Both the position numbers and the translations under genes were made by a program. Source: a virus. From it: a stretch of DNA of 64,000 nucleotides. Position 1 is the stretch's first letter. Each line of letters opens with the position of its first letter. The notes under the pieces are model-generated. The model was given only the letters and a program-made list of their open reading frames with translations. It searched no databases and was not told the origin of the DNA. The DNA lies in IMG/VR virus record IMGVR_UViG_3300029928_000198. One strand, given 5' to 3'. Shown here in pieces: positions 54,651 through 63,319 of the stretch.

Positions 54651-55487
54651 CTAAGGCCCGCAGTATGTGGAAACAGAATGCAATGAGAACGGCCGTCGGG
54701 ATACTTCCTGACGAACGAATGGGTCGAACGACTCCAAGGACGACTTGAGGGGCCTAGCCTCGGAAACCCTCTTCAGGGCCGTTGCATGGTACCCGGGATC
54801 GACCTCGAAGCCGATGTAGTGCACGCCCAGCTGGACGCACGCCACGGCGGTGGTCCCCGTACCTATGAACGGGTCCAGAACCGTGAACCGCCCCCCCCCG
54901 TCGGGGCCTATGTGGTTCCCTATAAGGGTGCGGACGATGTCCAGAGGCTTCACCGTGGGGTGGCCGTAGAGTTCGCGGTCCGCGCGGTTCACCCCCGTGG
55001 CCCACCACTTCTTCTTGGTGGCGTAGCTCCCGTACAGCGTGACCCCCTTCCCGCGTATGAAGACGATGTACTCGGTGTCGGACAGGTACTTGTTGGAGCA
55101 GGTGGGGACGGGGTTGGTCTTATGCCACGCAAGGATGTCCCATGTGCATCCGTGGGATTCGGCGAAGCGGATGTACTGCAGGATCTGCGACTTGCTGCAG
55201 AACGCATACATGACGATGCGCTTCATTTTCGATGCGATCTTCTCCAACAGGGCGTCTGAAAGGCCGTCGGACATTTTCCCGAGCTCGTCGAAGTAGCGGC
55301 GGTTGGCGTTTCCGAAGGCTCCCGCCCCTTGGGTCCCCATCTTGTAGGGCGGGTCCATGAGGACCATGTCCACGGAGCCGTCGGGGACGAGATCGAGGCC
55401 TTCGGAGCAATCCATGTTGAGGATGGAATCCATCATGCCCGCGTCGTTGCAGGCTTCGAGCAGTCTTTCCAGCTCCGCCTCGCTCAT
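54651..55487 (-). CDS. N4-C/N6-A DNA methyltransferase (beta class)
   Basis: MDPPY, HPTVKP, VLDPFIGTGTT, YIGFE. Confidence 0.92.
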   Translation of the reverse strand: MSEAELERLLEACNDAGMMDSILNMDCSEGLDLVPDGSVDMVLMDPPYKMGTQGAGAFGNANRRYFDELGKMSDGLSDALLEKIASKMKRIVMYAFCSKSQILQYIRFAESHGCTWDILAWHKTNPVPTCSNKYLSDTEYIVFIRGKGVTLYGSYATKKKWWATGVNRADRELYGHPTVKPLDIVRTLIGNHIGPDGGGRFTVLDPFIGTGTTAVACVQLGVHYIGFEVDPGYHATALKRVSEARPLKSSLESFDPFVRQEVSRRPFSLHSVSTYCGP

Positions 55488-55698
55488 CGACGACGGCCTC
55501 CCAGACGGTGGCGACGTTCCCGGGGTTGACCATGACGGTCCCGATCGGGCGTATCATACCCCACTTCCTGAGCTGCTTTATCTTGCGGTATACGGCCAGA
55601 CGGTCCCTGTCCTCGTTCCCCGAAAGACCTGCGGCTATGTCGGTGGCCGTATGGGGGCCGTTGGCCTTCAGGTAGCCGAACACGTCGTCCTGATTCAT
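55120..55698 (-). CDS. Winged-helix protein (the real domain is the first ~70 aa; the frame runs on over the methyltransferase)
   Basis: MNQDDVFGYLK..GP.TATDIA...VYRKIKQLRKWGMI. Confidence 0.5.
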   Translation of the reverse strand: MNQDDVFGYLKANGPHTATDIAAGLSGNEDRDRLAVYRKIKQLRKWGMIRPIGTVMVNPGNVATVWEAVVDERGGAGKTARSLQRRGHDGFHPQHGLLRRPRSRPRRLRGHGPHGPALQDGDPRGGSLRKRQPPLLRRARENVRRPFRRPVGEDRIENEAHRHVCVLQQVADPAVHPLRRIPRMHMGHPCVA

Positions 55699-56489
55699 TC
55701 CGCTCCCCCCGTCGTCCATCTCTCTTCAGGAGATGACCGGAAGACTATGCCGTAGCAGTAGACTTCCGCACCTTCCATGATGCGGAACTCCGAATGGGGG
55801 ATGGCGGTCCTGTAGACCCATGAGGTCCCCTGCTCCTCGGGCGGGTTCCAGTCGGCCTTCACCGTCCATCCTCTGGTGCTGGTTGCGACGCATCCGCCGA
55901 ACGCTCCGAACTCCTCGGAGAAGACGCCACTGAACTCCATCATGTCGTTCGATGAGCCGTAGACGACCTCCAGCCCCTTCTTGGAAAGCTCGTCGATGTC
56001 CTTGCGGCCTATGAACAGAGGGTAGTTCGACCCATCGAGGAGCTTGGCCGCCCTGTCTATCTCGGGGTCGCCGCACATGACGGGTTCATGCCCTATCTCC
56101 ACCTTCTTCCAGAGCTTTCCCAAATCGATAGGATCGACGAAGCTGCGGACCCATTCGCCGTCTATCAGCGTCAGGAAGCCCTGAAGGCCGAAGCCCATCA
56201 GGGTCCCCGTCTCCGACTTGGCGAATCCTCCTGCGGCGACCACGCCCATGGCCTCCTCGTAAACCAAGTCGTAGTCGTCCTTGAGGATCCTGTAGCCCTC
56301 CTCCCCGTTGAGATCGAACATCCGCACCTTCGAGTAGCCTTCCCTTCTGGAATCGCTTTCGTACAGGTTCCCGTCGGCGAAGAATCTGAACCTTTCCAGA
56401 CGCGAATTCACCAGCGTCCTCCCATCGACGAGGGCCTTCATCCAGTGATACGGCGTGGAGGGCCTTCCTGCGTTGTTGCCGGAATCCAT
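55695..56489 (-). CDS. Phage-type hypothetical protein
   Basis: Start MDSGN; C-terminal VVYGSSNDMMEFSG...SWVYRTAIPH.EF.IME...YCYGIVF. Confidence 0.7.
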   Translation of the reverse strand: MDSGNNAGRPSTPYHWMKALVDGRTLVNSRLERFRFFADGNLYESDSRREGYSKVRMFDLNGEEGYRILKDDYDLVYEEAMGVVAAGGFAKSETGTLMGFGLQGFLTLIDGEWVRSFVDPIDLGKLWKKVEIGHEPVMCGDPEIDRAAKLLDGSNYPLFIGRKDIDELSKKGLEVVYGSSNDMMEFSGVFSEEFGAFGGCVATSTRGWTVKADWNPPEEQGTSWVYRTAIPHSEFRIMEGAEVYCYGIVFRSSPEERWTTGGAE

Positions 56490-56491
56490 GC

Positions 56492-56875
56492 TTAACCGCC
56501 TCCTATGATGAATGGTCTGATGCCGCGGAGGGATGACCCTCGCGGCGTGTTCAGGCCTCGGTATCTCCTCCAGTCCTTGGCGGTCAGGTCGTCCAAGCAA
56601 GGATTCCATGGGATGTGCACCTCGCCCTTGGAGATGTGGATCGGGAAGGAATCGTCGCGCTCGTAGCGTTTTATCCCCGATGCGGAGATGGACCAGCCCT
56701 CCTTCCAGACATCGCGGCGGAAGCTGGCATCGCGGTCTCCCAGCATCCCCCCGACGACCTGAGCGAAGGTGAGGCCGTCTTCTGAATCGGGGGTCCGGGG
56801 GGACCCTTCCAGCATCTCGGCGACCAGCGGATCGTCGGAGAAGGTGTCCAGAAGGGCATCTGCGATGGGGTCCAT
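56492..56875 (-). CDS. DUF2829/Tad2-like protein
   Basis: Start MDPIAD; LTFAQVV..M.....FRR..W...IPWNPCLDDLTAKDW. Confidence 0.5.
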   Translation of the reverse strand: MDPIADALLDTFSDDPLVAEMLEGSPRTPDSEDGLTFAQVVGGMLGDRDASFRRDVWKEGWSISASGIKRYERDDSFPIHISKGEVHIPWNPCLDDLTAKDWRRYRGLNTPRGSSLRGIRPFIIGGG

Positions 56876-57387
56876 CACTTCCCCTCCGCCATGAGCTTCG
56901 TAAGGATGTCCGTGCATCTGTTGATCGTATCCGCATCGATCCTCGCCACATCGGGTCCGAGCCTCCTGAACAGCTGCTCTATGGGATCGGGCTGGCTGTC
57001 GGGACGCTTCTGCTCCTTCTTCTCGGATGCAGGGTCCTCCCCGGTTGCGCCTTCCGCCTTCTTGGGCGCGTCCTCCGCCTTCTTCGGAGCCTCCTTCGGG
57101 GATTCCCCGGGATCGCGCCTGTCGGCCTTGGGGGCGGTGCTGACGGGATGCGCGGATATGGCGCAAACGGTAGGTCTGAGCAGGGACAGCTCCTTGTCCA
57201 GCCTTTCTCTGGCTTCGAGCAGCGCGGCGTACCTCTGCATCGGGTCCACGTTGACGGAGTCGCGGACGGACTCCAACGCCTTGCCCATGTTGTATGACAG
57301 ATGCCATGCATCGCACACATCGTCCACGCTCACGACGACGGCCCTTCCCGCCATGGGAAGGATCGGTCTGATGTTCACACGGCTCAT
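56875..57387 (-). CDS. Hypothetical protein, N-terminus weakly DUF3310-like
   Basis: DDVCDAWHLSYNMGKAL...LLEARERLDKEL; low-complexity C-terminus. Confidence 0.6.
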   Translation of the reverse strand: MSRVNIRPILPMAGRAVVVSVDDVCDAWHLSYNMGKALESVRDSVNVDPMQRYAALLEARERLDKELSLLRPTVCAISAHPVSTAPKADRRDPGESPKEAPKKAEDAPKKAEGATGEDPASEKKEQKRPDSQPDPIEQLFRRLGPDVARIDADTINRCTDILTKLMAEGK

Positions 57388-57848
57388 GCGGCCGCCTCCT
57401 CGGAACCGTTTCCGGCATCGGGCGATTCATCCGCGCCCTCAAGCCTCCTCATGACCGAAACGATCTTGTTCTGCGCCACGACGAGGTCGTCGTAGTCGGA
57501 GTCTTCGAGGGATGAGGAAAGCCACTTGTCCTGAAGAAGCTCGGTTATCTGCGCACCCATCTGATTCAGCGCGTAATCCACGATGCTGACGGCCACGATC
57601 CGGGAATCTGGGGCGGCCGAGCCTCCTTCGGAAGGGGCCTCCGCATGGGATTCGGACTCCTGACTCCCGTTGCCCGTCATCGAGAAGAGGAAGGTCTCGC
57701 CCTTGGCCATCATGCGGTTGAACGACCTGATGTACGAGGCAGCCTCGCCGAGGGTCTCGAAGTCCGAGGACATGATCTCGTTGGGGGTGGCGCGGGGTTT
57801 ACCCTCGTCCCCTATGGCCGTACGGTATCCGGTGACGTGGATCGTCAC
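57384..57848 (-). CDS. Hypothetical protein, first gene of a leftward operon
   Basis: GTG start after GGAGGTG. Confidence 0.65.
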   Translation of the reverse strand: MTIHVTGYRTAIGDEGKPRATPNEIMSSDFETLGEAASYIRSFNRMMAKGETFLFSMTGNGSQESESHAEAPSEGGSAAPDSRIVAVSIVDYALNQMGAQITELLQDKWLSSSLEDSDYDDLVVAQNKIVSVMRRLEGADESPDAGNGSEEAAA

Positions 57849-57939
57849 GATAGCACCTCCGTTGTTGCAAACTCCATTGGAATTCCTCCGAGGACCAAGG
57901 GTAGCGATAGGGTGATGCCAGAGGCGTAGGATAGAAGTT

Positions 57940-57960
57940 CTATGGTCCTATGGACCATAG
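57940..57960. promoter_or_regulatory. Perfect inverted repeat (operator candidate)
   Basis: CTATGGTCC-TAT-GGACCATAG next to TCTATATAAA in the divergent intergenic region. Confidence 0.5.
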
Positions 57961-58300
57961 AAGAGCGGCGTCTATATAAAGACCGTAGTTCGAAGGACCG
58001 GCCATCCGCGACAATGGCTGCGGAATGGATCGCAGGAACGGAACGCTCATTTCGGAAGCATACGAGGGAAAGCGACGGAAACACGTGCAGACGGGCCGTT
58101 TCGGAGAAAAAGGTATTCCGATACCATCCGAAGGCCGTTCGCCCGTCTACGGCCCGTCCAATGGAGCGGAATCGCCCGTCCGTTCACTTCGGAGATGCGG
58201 ATTCCTTCGAACCTATGCTCCGGACCCAGTTCGAATGTCGTTGGACCGTCGAACCTTAGACCCGACTGTATAAACTATGCCGAAGAAGAATCACGTACTC

Positions 58301-58576
58301 ATGAGCAACGAATCCAAGGTCTTCGAGGTTTTGGAAGAGAAGCACGTCATGAAGACCATCCTGTACCTTTACAGGAACGGCCCCTCGACGAAGATGGACA
58401 TCTACAACGGGGTATCCGCGAATCCGCGCATGCCCGATAAGCTGATGGCGATGAAGACCATCGGACTGGTGATGAGGGTCAAGCCCGACGGCAAGAGCAG
58501 GGCGCAGGTCCTAGCACTCACGGAGAAGGGCCAGCGCGTGGGTGAGGAGCTGGAGAAGCTGATTGGACTGATATGA
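58301..58576 (+). CDS. HxlR/MarR-like winged-helix regulator (probably leaderless)
   Basis: LEEKHVMKTILYLY..GP...DIY..V...LM.M...GLV...LTEKG; TATAAA about 27 nt before the ATG. Confidence 0.8.
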   Translation: MSNESKVFEVLEEKHVMKTILYLYRNGPSTKMDIYNGVSANPRMPDKLMAMKTIGLVMRVKPDGKSRAQVLALTEKGQRVGEELEKLIGLI

Positions 58577-58599
58577 TTCATCAGCCCGAAGATGCCGAG

Positions 58600-58926
58600 T
58601 CACCACACCTCGTATACCCCGTATCCCTGATCGAGATACGAAATATCCAGATTTCCGACCCAAACCCCTTCCACTGGTTCTCCGATGCGGGCGTAGAGCC
58701 TCGCGGCGTTCTCGTTATCCGGGGCGAAGTAGAGCTTCCAGAAATCCTGTTTGATGTCGGCTATCGCCGCGGTACCGATCCCCCGTCCGCGATAACCTTC
58801 ATCGACATCGATCCTCTCGACGTATCCGCAATCGTCATCGAGTTCGAGAACAACGGCGGTCACGTGATCGCCGTAGTATGTGCGGAAAGTCCCCTCATCC
58901 TCGTCCTCGTAAACCGTATACTCCAT
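58600..58926 (-). CDS. GNAT acetyltransferase
   Basis: VERIDVDEGYRGRGIGT...NENAARLY. Confidence 0.8.
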   Translation of the reverse strand: MEYTVYEDEDEGTFRTYYGDHVTAVVLELDDDCGYVERIDVDEGYRGRGIGTAAIADIKQDFWKLYFAPDNENAARLYARIGEPVEGVWVGNLDISYLDQGYGVYEVW

Positions 58927-59034
58927 CTGCGACAATCTGTGAACCCTCCGATAGATTGGTGATGATGTTCTAGGGATAAGGGATTGTTGTCCTAAACCTA
59001 TGGTTAAAATGTCTGCGGACGGGGTAGAATGAGG

Positions 59035-59061
59035 GTCGGACGGGCCGTCCACCCGTCCGTT
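59035..59061 (-). terminator. 27-bp hairpin repeat, copy 1
   Basis: GTCGGACGGGCCGTCCACCCGTCCGTT, identical to 60874-60900. Confidence 0.65.
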
Positions 59062-59082
59062 AAAGAAATTTTCAGCAATCTG

Positions 59083-59517
59083 TCATGAGTACTCGCATAG
59101 GCCCATCCTCAAGGATTCAGCATCCTCTTCGCCTTTCATGTAATTCGCATACCAAGTGAGGTATGAGGGGTACGGCTTCACGTCGAAAAGAGCTGCGATG
59201 GATGTCTTGATGGCCGTTATGAGCGAACAGCCCTCATTTTCCATGATTTTTCCTATCATGGTCAAGCAGATGTCCGCCCTGTCGCGCGGCATCCACGTTT
59301 TGAAGTCCAAGCCGTCGGACGTCCATAGATAGAGGTCCTTCTCATCCCTGTGGATCCAGATCCCCCTGCGGAATCCCTCGGGTCTAACTGCTTCCCTCAA
59401 CCCGTGGACCCTGTACTCCCCTATGTGGATAGTGGTTGCGAAAGGCCCGTGCACATCCGCATCCATGTCCGAGTAGCGGTCTTCGACCTTCAGGATCCTG
59501 TTGTCTTGGCATGTCAT
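59083..59517 (-). CDS. Hypothetical protein; N-terminus paralogous to the 60766 gene
   Basis: MTCQDNRILKVEDRYSDMDADVHGPFAT. Confidence 0.75.
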   Translation of the reverse strand: MTCQDNRILKVEDRYSDMDADVHGPFATTIHIGEYRVHGLREAVRPEGFRRGIWIHRDEKDLYLWTSDGLDFKTWMPRDRADICLTMIGKIMENEGCSLITAIKTSIAALFDVKPYPSYLTWYANYMKGEEDAESLRMGLCEYS

Positions 59518-59564
59518 ATTCTGTCCTCCTCTTGCAGATTATCCCTGCATTTACCATATGGTAG

Positions 59565-60017
59565 TTATTCATCGAGCTTGTCACGAGCCAAGGTCAGATA
59601 CTTGGCGACAGCCTGAACACTGATCCTGCGTCCTGTCTTGCAACTCATAATGTTTGCCGCCTCCGCATTGGATGAGGTGCGACGACGTACAACGTAAGCT
59701 AGGGCCTCCATCGGCGACAGCCCATCGTCAAGAATCTTGTGCGTCATATCTATTCGGATAACCGCATCTGTCTCGGCGTCCGTCCGGTCCACGGGTGCGA
59801 CGTCGAAGCTTCCGCGCTCCGCGATGCCCTCGATGCTGTCGATGATCTCGTCATCGCTCGGAAGGCGGTCGCCGAAGCTCCTGCCGAGGTGAAGGTCCAG
59901 CTTGGAACCGTCCTCGGCGGTCATCTGCACGATGTCGCCTTCCGGGTCGGTGATGCCGCCAGTCACATCTCCCGTTTCTAGGAGCCTTCTGATCTCATCA
60001 ATGGTCCTTATCAGCAT
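59565..60017 (-). CDS. Protein with C-terminal HTH (sigma-factor-region-4-like)
   Basis: LSPMEALAY...SNAEAANIM...ISVQAVAKYLTLARDKL. Confidence 0.6.
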   Translation of the reverse strand: MLIRTIDEIRRLLETGDVTGGITDPEGDIVQMTAEDGSKLDLHLGRSFGDRLPSDDEIIDSIEGIAERGSFDVAPVDRTDAETDAVIRIDMTHKILDDGLSPMEALAYVVRRRTSSNAEAANIMSCKTGRRISVQAVAKYLTLARDKLDE

Positions 60018-60019
60018 CG

Positions 60020-60418
60020 TCAGGCCTCCCATACTGCCGCGATCTCGACCGGCTCGCAGTAATCGCCGAAGAGAATGACCTCATCCTCGTCGTTGCCGTA
60101 CTCCGCATCATATGAGTGAAGCAATGCGAAACGACCTGAGTAAGATCTCGCCTCACTCATGGCGCGTGCGATGCTCTCGACGTCCTCGGGGTCGTCGATA
60201 CCAATGCTGCATATGCCTGCCTTGTAGCCACCTCTGTACTCCTGTCCCATGGTCAGACCGTCAGTATGGTACCGGGAACAGTCGTTCGCCATATCCCACT
60301 CGTAGGACTCGCGGATGTCCCCTCCGACGACGTACTGCTCGTCGTCGCATAGTCCACGGATGCCCCATGCGCCGTCCGTCCTGTCGCCTATGATGTCTCT
60401 TATCTGCCGCGCGTCCAT
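60020..60418 (-). CDS. Acidic hypothetical protein
   Basis: GGAG RBS, operon-coupled. Confidence 0.7.
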   Translation of the reverse strand: MDARQIRDIIGDRTDGAWGIRGLCDDEQYVVGGDIRESYEWDMANDCSRYHTDGLTMGQEYRGGYKAGICSIGIDDPEDVESIARAMSEARSYSGRFALLHSYDAEYGNDEDEVILFGDYCEPVEIAAVWEA

Positions 60419-60766
60419 TTACTCCCAGTCCTCCTCTTCATCCTCATCGTCGTCGCCGACCCATGCGCGGGACCTCTCGCGGCAACACTTCGCGGGAAGG
60501 CGTCCGCTCTCCTCGACGACATCGATGAGTTCGCCGATCAGGGGGTCGCCGCCCTCGTCGTCCTCGTCGGGGACGCGGTCGTATTCGCAGACGACGATCT
60601 GTCTTCCGCCTGTCCTGCGCATGAGGTCGGAGCGCGTGCATCTGTCTAGAATATCGAGCGCAGCAGCCTTCGCCTCGCCGAAGGTCGCGAACGGTCCGAT
60701 CACGTCCGTATCCATGTCCGAGTAGCGGTCTTCGACCATCAGTATCCTCTTGTCTTGGTATGCCAT
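60419..60766 (-). CDS. Acidic hypothetical protein; paralogous N-terminus
   Basis: MAYQDKRILMVEDRYSDMDTDVIGPFAT. Confidence 0.75.
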   Translation of the reverse strand: MAYQDKRILMVEDRYSDMDTDVIGPFATFGEAKAAALDILDRCTRSDLMRRTGGRQIVVCEYDRVPDEDDEGGDPLIGELIDVVEESGRLPAKCCRERSRAWVGDDDEDEEEDWE

Positions 60767-60802
60767 TAGTTATCCTCCTCTTGCAGGACTCATCCCCTGC
60801 AA

Positions 60803-60849
60803 TTACTACATGGTAAATTATTTATTTAAATGCTCTTACTATATGGTAA
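60803..60849 (-). promoter_or_regulatory. TATA box flanked by two operator-like palindromes
   Basis: TTACTACATGGTAA (60803-16) and TTACTATATGGTAA (60836-49) flank TTTAAATA; third copy TTACCATATGGTAG at 59551-64. Confidence 0.6.
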
Positions 60850-60873
60850 TAAGAATTAAAATCTGTTAAAAAT

Positions 60874-60900
60874 GTCGGACGGGCCGTCCACCCGTCCGTT
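60874..60900 (-). terminator. 27-bp hairpin repeat, copy 2
   Basis: CGGACGGG/CCCGTCCG stem followed by a T-rich tract on the minus strand. Confidence 0.65.
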
Positions 60901-60910
60901 CAAAATGTTT

Positions 60911-61174
60911 TCAGATTCCTTCGGATTCGACCGCATCCATCCGGGAAGAGAAGACCCCTCCCGGGATCGCATCGCTCAGCATGTATGAGCAGAGTCCGTT
61001 CGGATCCATCGGACGTATCACGACGACGATCCCCTTTCCACGGAGCCTTATCAAACTCCCCCTCACCTTCTGAGTGGAGTATCTGGGCAACGAGGAGCGG
61101 ACGTCCGATACCGTCCAGACGGGGGCCGTCTGCATCAGACGGACGATCTGGGAATCTATGAGCTGGCCCCTCAT
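60911..61174 (-). CDS. Winged-helix protein
   Basis: WTVSDVRSSL...QKVRGSLIRLRGKGIV. Confidence 0.7.
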   Translation of the reverse strand: MRGQLIDSQIVRLMQTAPVWTVSDVRSSLPRYSTQKVRGSLIRLRGKGIVVVIRPMDPNGLCSYMLSDAIPGGVFSSRMDAVESEGI

Positions 61175-61353
61175 CCCTTAGCCTCCTCATTCCTCAAGGG
61201 GCATCTCCGGTCTATGCGTCCGCTCGACGCGGCGGTGTAGATCTCCCTTCCGCCCTTGATGAGCGGGTGCTGACAGCGGTAGGCGTATCTCACTGGGCAA
61301 GTGCTGCATGAAGACACCTGAACGAGCGTCCCGTCAATCTCGATGACCCTCAT
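61171..61353 (-). CDS. Small Cys-rich protein
   Basis: Start MRVIE; CSTCP...C...CPL. Confidence 0.6.
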   Translation of the reverse strand: MRVIEIDGTLVQVSSCSTCPVRYAYRCQHPLIKGGREIYTAASSGRIDRRCPLRNEEAKG

Positions 61354-61523
61354 TCCTCCGCCCCCGTCTCCGTCAGGCAAGCCTGTTCCGGACGATCCAG
61401 AGCCTTCAGCAGCTCGGCGAACATCCTCTGCATCTCGGGGTCGAAGCCCTCCACGTTCCTCACGTGCAGGCGGACGGAGGCCCCCGTCTCCGGGTTCCTC
61501 TTCGCTACGCGGAGGTCGGTCAT
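61350..61523 (-). CDS. Small hypothetical protein
   Basis: Start MTDLRV at ATGA overlap. Confidence 0.55.
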   Translation of the reverse strand: MTDLRVAKRNPETGASVRLHVRNVEGFDPEMQRMFAELLKALDRPEQACLTETGAEE

Positions 61524-61798
61524 GCCGACCCCTCCGACCCGGAGCCTTCGTCTTCCACCGGCCTGAAGATGCTGTCGCACCCGGTGGCCTTCAGGAACGT
61601 CCTCATGGTGGAATCGGGGACCCCGTAGACCCTTGCGACCGATGCCACGGAAAGCCCCGTGCTCGACAGGATGACGAGGTTCGGACGCTGGATGACGATG
61701 GTGTATCCGGGACGGTAGTTGGGGACGGATTCCTCCTCCCCCTTCAGGACAAGACGCCTAGGGCGTCCCGGAGGCCTTCCCGTAGGGATGTATGGCAT
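61520..61798 (-). CDS. HTH protein
   Basis: GLSVASVARVYGVPDSTMRTFL. Confidence 0.65.
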   Translation of the reverse strand: MPYIPTGRPPGRPRRLVLKGEEESVPNYRPGYTIVIQRPNLVILSSTGLSVASVARVYGVPDSTMRTFLKATGCDSIFRPVEDEGSGSEGSA

Positions 61799-62082
61799 CG
61801 GTCCGCCTCCAGAAGCTCAGTCTGGACGCGCCAGAACACGGCTTTGCGCCCTGTCGCGGGATCGGTCTTCTTCCCTGCGCGGTAGATCATCCCCATCTCT
61901 GCAAGCTCGTTGGTGCGCGGGGTGATCGTGTTGATCTCTCTCCTGAGGTATCTCGCGATGTCCTTGTTGGAGGGGTCCACGAGGATGACGACCGCCCTCA
62001 GGACCTCGCCTTGCAGGCGCGATACGCCACCCTCGGCCTCGAAGTCTAGGAATGCTTCAACGGAAGTCTGGGCGACGGTCAT
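61744..62082 (-). CDS. Phage-type winged-helix protein
   Basis: SNKDIARYL..EINTITPRTNEL..MG.I..AGK..D..TGR.AV.W. Confidence 0.75.
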   Translation of the reverse strand: MTVAQTSVEAFLDFEAEGGVSRLQGEVLRAVVILVDPSNKDIARYLRREINTITPRTNELAEMGMIYRAGKKTDPATGRKAVFWRVQTELLEADRCHTSLREGLRDALGVLS

Positions 62083-62696
62083 TCCTGATGCCTCCTATTG
62101 GCTTCTTGGGCGAATCCCTTCAGCCACGAGGGATCCTTCAGGTCGAAGGTGTTGTCCAACCATAGCGTGTACCCGCATCCGCATTCGATGCCGATGCACC
62201 TGACGCTGGACAGCATCTCTTCGGGGTCCTGTCCGATGTCCGCGAAGACGTCCCTGTCGAAGGAGCCGTCGGATTTCAGGGTGTACCTCATATCCTCCAG
62301 CGTCGCCTCGCAGTCGCAGAAGGTGATGAACCTGTACGTGATCTGCTTCCCGCATACGGGGCAAGGCCTGAAAAGCCCGGAGGAATCGCTCGCCGCCGCC
62401 CTCCTGTTGGCCCCATCCGCGAATTCCCTCAGCCACGAGGGATCCTTCAGGTCGAAACTGTCGTTCGGCCAGTAGGCGTATCCGCACGGACAGAGCAGGC
62501 CGACGAAGTACACCCATGAAAGCAGGTCGTCAAGCTCCTCGCCGCGTCCTCTTATCGGGGCCTCGTCGAAGGAGCCGTCCTCCCTGAGGGCTTCGTCCAA
62601 GTCGTGGAACAGGTCCTCCTCGTCAGCGAACCTGATGCCCTTGTAGGACAATCCGCGCCCGCATATAGGGCAAGGCCTGAAGGTCACGGCGGTCAC
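62079..62696 (-). CDS. Tandem-duplicated Lar-like Zn-ribbon protein
   Basis: Two FRPCP.CG...C.CGY..W...FDLKDPSWL..FA..ANRR units. Confidence 0.7.
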   Translation of the reverse strand: MTAVTFRPCPICGRGLSYKGIRFADEEDLFHDLDEALREDGSFDEAPIRGRGEELDDLLSWVYFVGLLCPCGYAYWPNDSFDLKDPSWLREFADGANRRAAASDSSGLFRPCPVCGKQITYRFITFCDCEATLEDMRYTLKSDGSFDRDVFADIGQDPEEMLSSVRCIGIECGCGYTLWLDNTFDLKDPSWLKGFAQEANRRHQE

Positions 62697-63319
62697 CGTA
62701 CCACCTTCTTCCCCACATTGAGGATGGAGTCCGTGTCCAGCGAATAGTACGCCGTCCTCCTTCCGGGCTTCCCGTTCCTGTCCCCGTCTATCCATCCGGC
62801 CGCCTTGGTACCCTCCGGGATCAGGAACATCGCCTGAAGGTCCTTCAGAGGGATCTGCGAAAGCAGGTACAGCTGGCGTCCGGTCGCCCCTCTAGCCTTG
62901 GCTCCCTTGAGGATGTGCGACTTGGTCCAATGCCTCATGGAGTATGGGCCGAAGTACCCGGGATCGGGATCGACGCCGAACTCCCAAGACTCCACCGCTC
63001 CCGAGTAGTACTCCAGAGTGGGGTATTTCTCGCACCCTTTGACGACCTGCTCCCTGCAAACGTGCTCCAGACGCCCCTCCAGCGGGATCGTCGTGCGGAT
63101 GCCGACGTTCATGACGAACTCGTGGGTGGACCTGACGGAGGCGACGAACTCCTTGTCGCCTTCGAACCCGACCGACCCGACCGTCGGCCTGTACTCGTGG
63201 AGCGCGCATCCGACGATGTCCGGAAGGCTACCCTCCACGACCTCCTGAGGGAAGTTGTCGGGGTCCTTGTAGAGCAGCGTGGACGCGAAGACGACGGTGA
63301 CGCGCCTGAGGTCGGTCAT
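62693..63319 (-). CDS. Hypothetical protein
   Basis: Start MTDLRRV at ATGA overlap. Confidence 0.65.
   Translation of the reverse strand: MTDLRRVTVVFASTLLYKDPDNFPQEVVEGSLPDIVGCALHEYRPTVGSVGFEGDKEFVASVRSTHEFVMNVGIRTTIPLEGRLEHVCREQVVKGCEKYPTLEYYSGAVESWEFGVDPDPGYFGPYSMRHWTKSHILKGAKARGATGRQLYLLSQIPLKDLQAMFLIPEGTKAAGWIDGDRNGKPGRRTAYYSLDTDSILNVGKKVVR

Noticed and set aside
55120-55698. Programmed frameshift fusing the wHTH gene to the methyltransferase
   Set aside because: No slippery site at the junction; a lost stop codon giving a harmless overlap is simpler.
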